From NCBI GenBank assembly GCA_030248215.1, contig JASANG010002125.1, positions 248,001 through 312,000 of the forward strand: DNA of 64,000 nucleotides, given 5' to 3'. The notes under the pieces are model-generated. The model was not told where the DNA came from. It did no database searches and saw nothing but the letters and a program-made list of their open reading frames with translations. This DNA is from Enoplolaimus lenunculus (Eukaryota). Below, in pieces: positions 1-10,400 of this stretch (its first letter is position 1; the number at the start of each line of letters is the position of its first letter). Position numbers and translations under genes: made by a program.

Positions 1-286
1 AGCTAGTATTGGCAAACGGATTCCGCCAGCCTTTAAGCCTTGCAGCCACTTGCGAAGATACCAGCTAAACGTTTTGGCTGTATGACCGGCCAATGTTACT
101 TTGAAGGCTGTAACAGTAGTATAACCATATTCCTAATCCTAAGCCTAAGCGTCAAAGTAAAACAATTGATTTTAAATGCATTTAGTTTAATACAGATTTG
201 ACCGCAACAGTGATGATGCAGTTACGTCTACCACCTTTATCCGCCCAATTAACAACGGAATTTTTATGAATACAAATATTTTCTTC

Positions 287-436
287 CGGGCCCGTAGCCA
301 AGGGAAGGACAGGGGGGGGGGGGGCTCAGCGACCCTGGAAAAAATTTAGCCCCCCCTAGAAAGTTTTCAACCTTGCTTGTAAGTCAACTTAATCCATTTT
401 TGGCCCCCACAGCAATGTGAGCTGGCTACATGCCTG
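287..436 (+). mobile_element. hAT-like MITE, family C
   Basis: CGGGCCCGTAGCC ... GGCTACATGCCTG; TSD TTTTCTTC/CTTTCTTC. The core AACCTTGCTTGTAAGTCAAC recurs near 12540, 13990, 24560, 29690, 31700, 35240, 35610 and 41300. Confidence 0.75.
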
Positions 437-500
437 CTTTCTTCTACCAAACACAATATTTTATAAAAATATTCTAATTGTGCAATCATTTTATTGTCAG

Positions 501-2687
501 AATCCCTTGTATCAAATTGTGACGTAATATTTGAACGTCTGTCACAAAAATTGCTCGTTGGATTTGCTCAAGGGTTGACAAGCGCCGAAACAGACCACGA
601 ATGCGTCACCGCGTGTCTTAATTCTGAAGCTCGATTTGGATTCGTATGCCGAAGTGCACTGTACTATCCGCAGGTAGCAGTATGATTTTCTGTATATTTT
701 AAATATTTACTTAACCCCTTCTCACACTGAGTTGCCTATAGGCAACTTAGCGCAGTATATATACGTTAAATAATATATATTGCACCGTGTTTAACAATTG
801 CAACACGTATACATAGTACTAAATCACCACAAGACGTGAGAGCCCCCTCGGGCTCGAGCGTCAAGCTCCTATAGCTGAGTGGTGATGGTATTCGCCTCTC
901 ACTCCAGTCACCGGAGTTCGAATCCTAGCATAAAAGTAGGTCTCAGGAGAAATAGAAAATATTCATGTGAGAAAGGGTTAATATTAATATGCAAAATGTG
1001 ATTTTCTCAAAATACGCGGTCGCACATTTGGCAGTATATTTAAACGCCATATTAAGCGAATTTTGTCCATCAAAAATGTATTTAAGTTTTTCTACCATTT
1101 AGCGCAATCATTCACACCTTTATTAAAGGTAAAATCATACTCAGCCCGGCCAGCTATGAGCTGCATTACAACATTTATACACAATTTATATTTATTTATT
1201 TATTTAATATATATTTATATATAATATATATAACTCGACCGGTCAATGTTTCTTTTACGGGCGCAACAGTAGCGATGCGCGTTCGTGAATCTAAAGCTCT
1301 ATTGAAACGTGCAAGTTTTCGCTGCGAGAACTTGCAGCTGCAACTTGCACGAAATACTTGCAGCTGCAAGTATTTGTAAAAAATAATAACTTTCATTCTA
1401 ATCTTGACATGAATTTATGTAAATAATTTGCAGACCACTGCAATAAATATCAAACATAACCTATAATCTATCAGTTTAGCCAATGATGATAAATGAATTC
1501 GACTTGCAGGATTATTCATACCTACGAATTAATTCTTCGCATATATTAATCATGAATAGCTTGCAGCTGCAAGTTACAAGTGCAAGAAATTTGAGCGATT
1601 TGCGACTGTGTTCACACTTCCGAATTAAATTCAATCACATGAATTCTAATGAATAATTTGCAGCTGCAAGAACTTCAAATCTGCTTTGTGACCAAACTTG
1701 CACATGCAAGTTGCACGTGCAAGTTTTTGCTGCAAAAACTTGCACGTGTGAATAGGGCTTTAGACTAATCCTTGTCCTAGATAAGAAACTAAAACAAAAC
1801 CTAAAACCTGAGCAAAAAATTAGTCTCGTACCTAAGTCAACCTATGCAATTCCGCGTGGAAATGCATCGCTCCTATAACTAAAATGACTCGGTCGGCTCA
1901 TAGGTCTTTTTTGTATTGCCTTCTCAATTGATGAACAGTTTCATTTGTCGTTTCAGCAAGGTGAAGAAAATTGTGTTCTGAATTCAGAAGACAAAACGAC
2001 ACAACCGCAATTGTTTGTTGACGAAACCGAAGATCGAGTGACGTATTTTCAAACCGGATGTACAGGTACAGGAACAGGGATCCAGACGGGACATTGGGTG
2101 CCCGTGAGCCTCGCAGTTCTGTCAATAACTGTACATCTAGCAACAAACCATTTGTCTGGAACAGCTTTTAATTCAGGATGGGTTCAGCTACACCGACTCG
2201 CTTAGCCACCCTATGCTCGCTGCAAAACTGTCGATAGTCTCAGGATTGCTCAGCGAAACACAAACAACTGCAAAACTTACACTGCAATATGTGTATATTA
2301 GCTATTTTACGTTCTTTTCCAAACAAAACGTGCTCAGTTGCATTCACTTGTTCACTTAAACATCAAAAACCAAGGTGTATCCGGATATCTGTTTCCGTTT
2401 CCGGTAAAATTCGGTGTCCGTTGACGTTTTTTGATCACTATCCGTTTCCGATAATTTTAGTATTCGTTTACACCCTGCTTGCCCATGTTATACTAGGCTC
2501 ACTACTGCTCAGCGAAACGCCAACCACATCGTCGTTCACCCCACAATACATCGCATTGGCTGCAAATGAATCTCATTGGTCGGCGTGGATGCCGTGTGAT
2601 CGCCGGATTCATAAACAAATCCGCGTTCGGATGTGTTCTGATCCGAATCCACAATCGTGTCATAAACAGAAACGCGTCTGTCAGTAA
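501..2687 (+). CDS. 3' part of a PAN/apple-domain protein with a C-terminal TSP1-like motif (exons 501-673, 1957-2065, 2497-2687; 5' exons lie outside the window)
   Basis: AG/GT-bounded exons splice in consistent phase to ESLVSNCDVIFERLSQKLLVGFA...ECVTACLNSEARFGFVCRSALYYPQ|QGEENCVLNSEDKTTQPQLFVDETEDRVTYFQTGCT (PAN cysteine pattern), then ...WSAWMPCDRRIHKQIRVRMC...C (WSxW..C..RxRxC, TSP1-like) and a TAA stop. Confidence 0.85.
715..977 (+). mobile_element. piggyBac-like MITE with internal tRNA-like cassette
   Basis: TTAA on both sides; TIR CCC(C)TTCTCACA...TGTGAGAAAGGG; A box TAGCTGAGTGG and B box GGAGTTCGAATCC (865-925). Confidence 0.8.
1294..1760. mobile_element. PIF/Harbinger-like MITE rich in TTGCA/TGCAA motifs
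   Basis: AAGCTCTATTGAAACGTGCAAGTTTT ... AAAACTTGCACGTGTGAATAGGGCTT. Confidence 0.65.
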
Positions 2688-3226
2688 ACAATTAATTGCA
2701 GTGACGGATCCGTAATTTCAATTTTTATGGGTCCGTCACTGCAATAAATTTCTTTAAAAGCCGTGGCCGCGCGTGGTATAACAGTAGAAAGAACTCAACC
2801 GTAGGCAAAATTTGGCTACGGCCCGGCCGTGAAAAACTCGTTGATCTCTTAAAGGCTTATATTTTGTTTCATTGGAATGCACAAGCTTAAAATTTCCTGT
2901 CTTCAATTTAAACCCCGATTAATTTCATTTAAAGCAAGTGAAGGAATGGGTAATCTATTTTGCAGTGCGTTGAACAGTTGACGTAGCTGAAAATTCTAAT
3001 TGGTGGTTAAGAGGGTACCGGGAAAACTAAATATCGACTAATATATTGGCTTTTTCAAGATACCAGCTCATATTGTTTGGGGGGCGGGCGCTACTTATGC
3101 TTTTTAAAAACTTTATTGTCAAATGTCGCCTAGCGTCACCGTACATCTCTGTCCGTCACCGTCCGTCATTGTGCCTTGCTGTCCGTCACAGCGCGTCTCT
3201 GTCCGTGCCGTACGTCGCTGCCCGTT

Positions 3227-3797
3227 ACCGATCCTCACCGTGCGTCTCTGTCCGTCACCGATCCTCACCGTGCGTCTCTGTCCGTCACCGATCCTCACCG
3301 TGCGTCTCTGTCCGTCACCGATCCTCACCGTGCGTCTCTGTCCGTCATCGATCCTCATCGTGCGTCTCTGTCCGTCACAGATCCTCACCGTGCGTCTCTG
3401 TCCGTCACCGATCCTCACCGTGCGTCTCTGTCCGTCACCGATCCTCACCGTGCGTCTCTGTTCGTCACCGATCCTCACCGTGCGTCTCTGTTCGTCACCG
3501 ATCCTCACCGTGCGTCTCTGTCCGTCACCGATCCTCACCGTGCGTCTCTGTCCGTCACCGATCCTCACCGTGCGTCTCTGTCCGTCACCGATCCTCACCG
3601 TGCGTCTCTGTTCGTCACCGATCCTCACCGTGCGTCTCTGTCCGTCACCGATCCTCACCGTGCGTCTCTGTTCGTCACCGATCCTCACCGTGCGTCTCTG
3701 TTCGTCACCGATCCTCACCGTGCGTCTCTGTTCGTCACCGATCCTCACCGTGCGTCTCTGTCCGTCACCGATCCTCACCGTGCGTCTCTGTCCGTCA
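3227..3797. repeat. 30-bp minisatellite (about 19 copies of ACCGATCCTCACCGTGCGTCTCTGTCCGTC)
   Basis: Direct inspection; it explains the repetitive ORFs at 3046-3921. Confidence 0.95.
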
Positions 3798-3996
3798 GCA
3801 TGCGTCGCTGTTCGTCACCAAGCGGTATTGTACGCTAACTGCTCCTGTACGATCATATGCTGTCACGGACAATGACATACGGCGACGTACGGCGATATAT
3901 GGCTCCGAACAACCAGTGTAGTGCCACGTGTAACGATTGTTCAATTAAGCAGAGACTTCAGGAAAAGTACTTTTACATAGGAGTGGCCTCGTATGC

Positions 3997-4117
3997 CCCT
4001 AGGTTTGCCCCCAGGCTTAGTATTAGGCTTAGGCTTAGGCTTAGGCTTAGGCTTAGGCGTAGGTTTAGTCTTAGGCTTAGGCTTAGGCTTAGGCTCTTAG
4101 CGCCTAGGTTTGCCCCC
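3997..4117 (+). repeat. Interstitial (TTAGGC)n tract between CCTAGGTTTGCCCCCA direct repeats
   Basis: Direct inspection. Confidence 0.85.
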
Positions 4118-5577
4118 ATCAAGGTGTACAATTTATTATTTTAAAATTTTAATGAACAAAATCGTGTGTATTCGCTGAATAAATTAATATTTTATCATGG
4201 CTTGGTTAAAATTACGCCATGTATCAGGTGTTCAAGGTGGTATTTGTGTTGGTTGATGCAGTTTTTAAGTGACATTACCGTAATGATATAATGTGAGTTT
4301 TGTACCAAAAATCACTTTATTTGCTTTGATTTCAACCTAAACAAATTAACGATTGCTTTTGAGTCCCAATCAATACGAGTCCGTATTCCTAATCACAGTG
4401 CGTAAAACCGGATAGAGTCCCTACATCCTAATTAGAGTCCATAAATGTCAATTATCCCAAATTGTAGTGCATAAATGACTTCAGCGCCAAATACAGTTGA
4501 GTTCGAAACTTTAAGGCATACTTAGGTTTGAAAATACATTCTTAAGTATAACCTTGCATTATCGCTCAAGGTTTTCATACAAGGCAAATAAACGTTTAAT
4601 TCAACGGATACTTGCAATACCGATGATATATCAGTAACGAAGGGCGGGTTAAAAAATAACAGTCCGTAACCGAATAGCACGGGGTACCCTCAGGAGAGGC
4701 CAAATAAATATCAGTCCCTCTTCTTATTCGGGACACTACAGTACATAAACAATACCTGCGCTGAATAAAACTCAGTACAGATGCAGAACTTGATTTAGTA
4801 TACTTTATATGTCATTGACATACAATAAATTGCCTAAATCTGTATTATTTAGCTCAAATCACGCAGTCAGTTACAGCTTTGGCCTTTGAAAATAACCAGA
4901 TCGTCTTCAACAATGAGCCATATTCTCAAATGTGTGTAGCATCGGTCACCAGCCCTTGAAAGGTCTTGTAATTACGAACAAGTCAGGTCTGCGCTGAAAA
5001 ATTTGGGGCACATATTCGGCACTCGACTGTTCCCATACTTGCAAGCGTAGTTGACAGTGGTAGTTGGGGCCATTGACTTGTTTGAAAACCTTCTGCTAAC
5101 TGAGTATAGGTGCTATACACATTTGAAAATATATACCGGTCAATGTTCTAAGCGTTCAACTGTGTATTGCTGTGTAAATCTAGCGTAATTTGCACGTCTT
5201 CCAATGTGTGCGTGTGTTTGCACTATAATTCGAGGGCATTAACTTTTGAACCGTTGGTAATGTAGCCATAAAAGTGGTACCGTTGAACTCAGCTGGTCGA
5301 GTTCTATGTGATATGCCACTTCTTGTAAAATTCGTAAGGGGGCGCAGATTCCGTTCCTCAGCCCAACCGCCTACCAAAATTTGGACAACGAGTAAACATG
5401 GTAAAGATTGTCGTAAAGATTATAATTTACGAACATGGTCATGATGGATACGTATCGTTCAAATCTGTGCGTGCTTGTACTATAGTTTCGAAAACCATAG
5501 CTTTTAAACCGTTCATAAAAGTGGTTCCTTGGAACCTCAGCTCGTCAACATTTATAACATAGTCTACTTTGTATTAA

Positions 5578-5829
5578 CCCTTTTTCACATGAATATTTTC
5601 TATTTCCCCTTAGACCTACTTTTATGCTAGGATTCGAACTCCAGTGACTGGAGTGGGAGGCGTACTCAGCTATAGGAGCTTGACGCGCGAGCCCGAGGGA
5701 GCTGTCACGTCTTGTGGTGATTTAGTACTATGTATACGTGTTGCAATTGTTAAACACGGTGCGATATATACCATTTAACGTGTATACACTGCACTGAGTT
5801 GCCTACAGGCAACTCAATGTAAGAAGGGG
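5578..5829 (-). mobile_element. piggyBac-like MITE (same family as 715-977)
   Basis: Reverse-complement copy with a small internal deletion; TTAA/TTAT flanks. Confidence 0.8.
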
Positions 5830-5861
5830 TTATAGATAGTAACTGAAAATTTTTCGCTTAA

Positions 5862-6124
5862 CCCTTTCTCACATGAATATTTTCTATTTCCCCTGAGACC
5901 TACTTTTTTGCTAGGATTCGAACTCCAGTGACTGGAGTGGGAGGCGTATACCATCACCACTCAGCTATAAGAGCTTGACGCTCGAGCCCGAGGGGTCTCT
6001 CCCGTCTTGTGGTGATTTAGTACTATGTATACGTGTTGCAATTGTTAAACACGGTGCGATATATACCATTTAACGTATATACACTGCACTGAGTTGCCTA
6101 CAGGCAACTCAATGTAAGAAGGGG
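5862..6124 (-). mobile_element. piggyBac-like MITE (same family as 715-977)
   Basis: Full-length reverse copy; TTAA on both flanks. Confidence 0.8.
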
Positions 6125-7549
6125 TTAAATGCCTAAAACGGTTCACATTGCGTACCCTCCGCCTAAAATCTGTTTCCCAGTTCCTAGTAAACCCTTATTT
6201 TTTATAGATTTTTTTAAAATAAACGCTGTTAATATTAAAAATTACATTATACTACAACAGCTGTATGCTTTTTATTACGTGACTTCGCAAAACATTTCGT
6301 CCCAGCATCAAAAGTATATTTTTATATTCAAAATTTTACGGCTTCTGTAGATTTGAAAAAAATATACGCAGAATATCGGTTGCTATTGACGACGTCTATT
6401 TTCAAAAATTCACCTGAGTTTAGGAAGTATATTTTTCAAATTTACAGTTTTATTTTGAGGTATTTCTTGGTAAAAACAATCATTGTGTAACGTTACTATT
6501 AATAATTTGGTCAAAATGTCGTCTACACTGTGTTGCTATTTGAAGAATTCATCATTGGTACACACGCACATTTATTTGAGCAAAGCCAAACTCGGAGAGC
6601 CATGTTGAGGAGTTCTCGTGCTTGAAAACCATGCGATCCACAGCGTACAAACGCTGATATGAATATTGGCCCATGTATAGAACAGGGTCAAAACAGTAGC
6701 GTAAGTATATTCCTAAGCCTATTAAGCCTAAGCTTAAGCCTAAGGTTAAGCCTAAGCCTAAGCCTAATAAAACAATTCTGTAACTGTGACAAGGTACATG
6801 GCTGGCTATGCTTGGAGGGTAAGGACGCCGGGCTTCGCTCAAGGAATCCAGTTCTACTACGACGTGTTTTATGCAGTATCAACAATTTTACCTCAAATGC
6901 TTTGCACTGAGTATATACCGGAACAACCTACATTTCGCCGTTGTCACGCTGACCATCCGTCCGGAATCGGATGTAACCGAAATAAACAACAATTTTGGTA
7001 TTTCTTCAATTTCTAAACAAATCAAATTACTCGCTAGCGCATTTTACCATTAAATTTGCCTGAAGACATGAATGTATTTCAGAAAAATGCTTAATTTAGC
7101 CTAAAAACAAGCAACTCCTACCAGGATCAAGCTTCTAAATTTATATCCGGTTAATAATAATAAGCTGGCATAATGTTCATAATCTATATGTTTTGGTATT
7201 ATAAGGCCGTCTTGTAAATTAGAGGGTCCAGAAGAGTTAAGTCACAATAATGATTGTTTCCAGCTATATGTTTTTTGGTTATGCGGTCAATGTTACTTTT
7301 ATAGCCGTAGCAGAAGATCCAGAATATTTCTAAGACTAAGCCTAAGCGTGAAATTATTTGCCCCTAAACCAAAGCCTACGCCTAAACAAAAAATATGGAC
7401 TATAATCAAAACCCTTTCTTTTACCAGCGCTCCGATAAAAGCGGTATGGTCCAAAGGAGCGACGGTCACGCTATTTAGGTTACGCGAAGCTATTGCTATA
7501 TCCGACAATAATATTTAAAATATGAACCCTCCTGTCCTCCAATGGTTCA

Positions 7550-7670
7550 AAGGTTGCGCTATACGTCACTGTGTCGAACGCCGCCGTACGCCGCTGTGCG
7601 TTGCTAACAAAAATTTAGGCAACCTCTATTTGGTGGCGTGTAGCGGCGTGCGGCGAGTACAGCGCAACCC
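7550..7670. mobile_element. Short MITE with GGTTGCGCTATAC termini (relatives at about 33850-34060, 40027-40107, 45920-46075)
   Basis: AAGGTTGCGCTATAC ... GTACAGCGCAACCC. Confidence 0.6.
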
Positions 7671-7897
7671 GTACAAGTATTCCCGTTTGTCTGGGTTCAA
7701 TATATTCACCTGGTTCCACAGAACACACACCAGTATTTCAATAATTTTTACTAGCAATATTAAATTACTTCCGCTTTAAAGCAGAGAAATGAATTTAACG
7801 TTTAGTCTAAAACAGTTGGTTCAACCGTATGTATATACAGGCACATGCTTAATGATTTTAAGTACGGCTTTTCACCAGAGACGTATACAAGGGAATG

Positions 7898-8104
7898 AGC
7901 CAATGTAAAGAACAGGGGTGGAGCAGTATTATAAGCATATTCGTAAGCCTAAGCCTAAGCCTAAGCCTAAGCCTGAGCGTAAGAATAAGCATACTCCTAA
8001 GCCTAAGCCTACGCCTAAGCCAAGCAAAAAATTAGTCTGAAGCTTAAGCTTACGCCATTGTAGTCCCACAGTAAAACGTTCCGCCCCTGATGTTTACATG
8101 GACC
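7898..8104 (+). mobile_element. TTAGGC-carrying MITE, family A (8-bp TSD)
   Basis: TIRs (A)GCCAATGTAAAGAACAGGGG / CCCCTGATGTTTACATGGACC; perfect TSD AGGGAATG; internal (GCCTAA)n. Confidence 0.85.
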
Positions 8105-8954
8105 AGGGAATGGATAAGGTGTGATATATCACTCCCAGAAATTTGTGGAGTCGAGAAATAAAGTACATTTCACAAGGTTTACAATAACCTTCCTTAGACA
8201 ATGGCAGATTCTAGTGGTGAACAATGATTTACATGACGTCTCTTGATATAAAATTCTCATGCGTTTATGTCGTAAATGCAGACTTGGATTTGGGTTTAGA
8301 AATTTCCGAATAGAATAGATTAGAAACCAAATTTATTCCGAAAACGGGAAGCAGACGAACCCCACTAAAATGGCGACAGGTATTTCGACAAGGTTTTAGC
8401 TGTGGATGTTCAAAATGTGTTTGCCAGTATCGGCGGAAGCGCCTTCAAAATACCCTAAATGGGGGACCCTGACCCTTAGGGGCTCCATCTTGGCAAACCA
8501 AAATTTTTTCGCGGACCACGAAGTCCCAGAGACGTGTGAAACGATTTATTGGTGGCCTCCTCGGACATGTTTGAGGGGACGACTATCGTATCGCTGGCCC
8601 TGAGGCTTGCGGTTACTTTTGAGGTTTACGCCCAAAAAAATTTCAAAAAAGCGTTATAATTTTATTCACAAAAATTAATTTAAAATAACTTTTAGTCACG
8701 AAAGCTTGCAGCTGGATAAACTTTACACCTGGGACAGTTTTTGGTTTTTCTTATCGTTTCTTTTGAGCAATGTCACCACAGTTGAAACAGTTTATAAAAT
8801 AATAACAAATTATTAGCTTACAGGGGCAATGTTGATTTTGCAAAGGTAATAGAAGAAATATTCTTGTAAAACGTCGAATCCTTTCGACGCTGGAGTAAAA
8901 GTTTTCAGTGGAAGGTTAAAATGTTAAGAACGGGCTTGCGCCACCACCCCACCA

Positions 8955-9174
8955 GGCCCACGTTACTTTAAGGGGCGTCCAGGTGTTTGGTGGGTCTATA
9001 AAAGAGTAGGTTTACAGTCTAGATTACATTTTTTGCTTAGGCTTAGGCTTAGGCTTAGGCTCAGGCTCAGGCTTAGGCTTAGGCTTAGGAACTCATTTTT
9101 GCAACGCTTAGGCTTAGGCTTAGGCTTAAGAATACGCTGAATCTACTGTTACACCCATTAAAGTAACATTGGCC
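8955..9174 (-). mobile_element. TTAGGC-carrying MITE, family B
   Basis: TIRs GGCCCACGTTACTTTAAGGGGCGT / AAAGTAACATTGGCC; two (TTAGGC)n tracts. Confidence 0.8.
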
Positions 9175-9958
9175 CCACACCCAGCAGTTGGGGTTTTGTT
9201 TCAAAATTGCGAAAACAAAGCGGTTAACAGTTTATGATTTTACTGAGGTCAACTCAGGTGTTGTATGATTCGAATTTTGAAATTTGGTACAACCAACAGT
9301 CGATGATGCCCTCAAACAAAAGTTGTTAACTGACCATGATTTGCATAGAGCAAAATGTACCACCGTTCGTTGCGTTTTGGTCTTACTACCAGCGGATCCA
9401 GAGCTGGTCGGGTGGGGCGTACACTCCATGAAAAATTTCTGTGTTTAAACTGGTAAGGTTCCTACCTTACTATTTTTCCTTTCATAAAATGTTTTTGTAC
9501 AAAATACAATTTTTCTATCAGAGTTTTTCATGATAAAATGATAAAATCGCTCCCTACCTTACAATTTTTCCATCTCTAAAAATCTGATAAAATGATAAGG
9601 TTTCTACCTTACAATTTTTGCGTTTCGTAACATTTGCCATCCCCCCGTCAGATATTCCTGGATCCGCCGCTGGGTTCTTCCCCATCACTTTAAGCTGGCC
9701 GAGTTTACATTCATTACACATGTAACTGCCAGCCAATATCGGTTAACTTTGATTAAGAAATATACGTGGATCGATCGCTTTTCAGTATATACAACATATT
9801 TAATATCCGAGTCTACGAAAATTTTGCCCCTTCCCCACCATAAATAATGGCTGGGGGTCGGCCAAACATGCAACGCGCGCTGAATACAATGTTTTCTATG
9901 CAAAATGTACCCAGTAGCATACTTTTGTTAAAAGTATCCTGCATTTTGGTGCAACGTA

Positions 9959-10400
9959 CTGTATTGACCCGAATAAGAGGGGGGTAATAAGAGGGGGTCT
10001 TTATTTTGATTCCGAATCAATAGGAGTCCGTATCCCTAATAAGAGTCCGTACGCGGATAGAGTCCCTAAACCCTAATTAGAGTCCATAAATGTCAATTAT
10101 CCTTAATTGTAGCGCATAAATGACTCCAGAACCAAATCATTTGAATCCGAAACTTTAAACCGTACTTAAATTTTGAAAATACATTCCTAAGTACAACCTT
10201 GTATTATCGCTCAAGCTATTGACACAAGGCAAATAAACGTTTAATTCAAAGGATAATTGCAGTACCGGATATATATCAGTAACGAAGGGCGGCGGAGCGT
10301 GGGTTAAAAATAAATAACAGTCCAAAACCGAATAACAAGAGGGGTATCCTCGGGAGAGGCCAATAAATATCAGTTCCCCCTCTTATTCGGTTCACTACAG
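9959..10400. mobile_element. TA-flanked MITE (Tc1/mariner-like); truncated copy at about 4360-4741
   Basis: TA-CTGTATTGACCCGAATAAGAGGGGG ... CCCCTCTTATTCGGTTCACTACAG-TA; body alignable with 4360-4741. Confidence 0.75.

Noticed and set aside
865..930. Functional tRNA gene
   Set aside because: A and B boxes are present, but the acceptor and anticodon stems do not pair, and it lies within a multi-copy MITE.
3046..3921. Long ORFs in several frames (up to 291 aa)
   Set aside because: Translation of a stop-free 30-bp minisatellite; open on both strands.
6552..7012. Possible minus-strand exons
   Set aside because: Acceptor and donor candidates exist, but no convincing protein or link to other exons.
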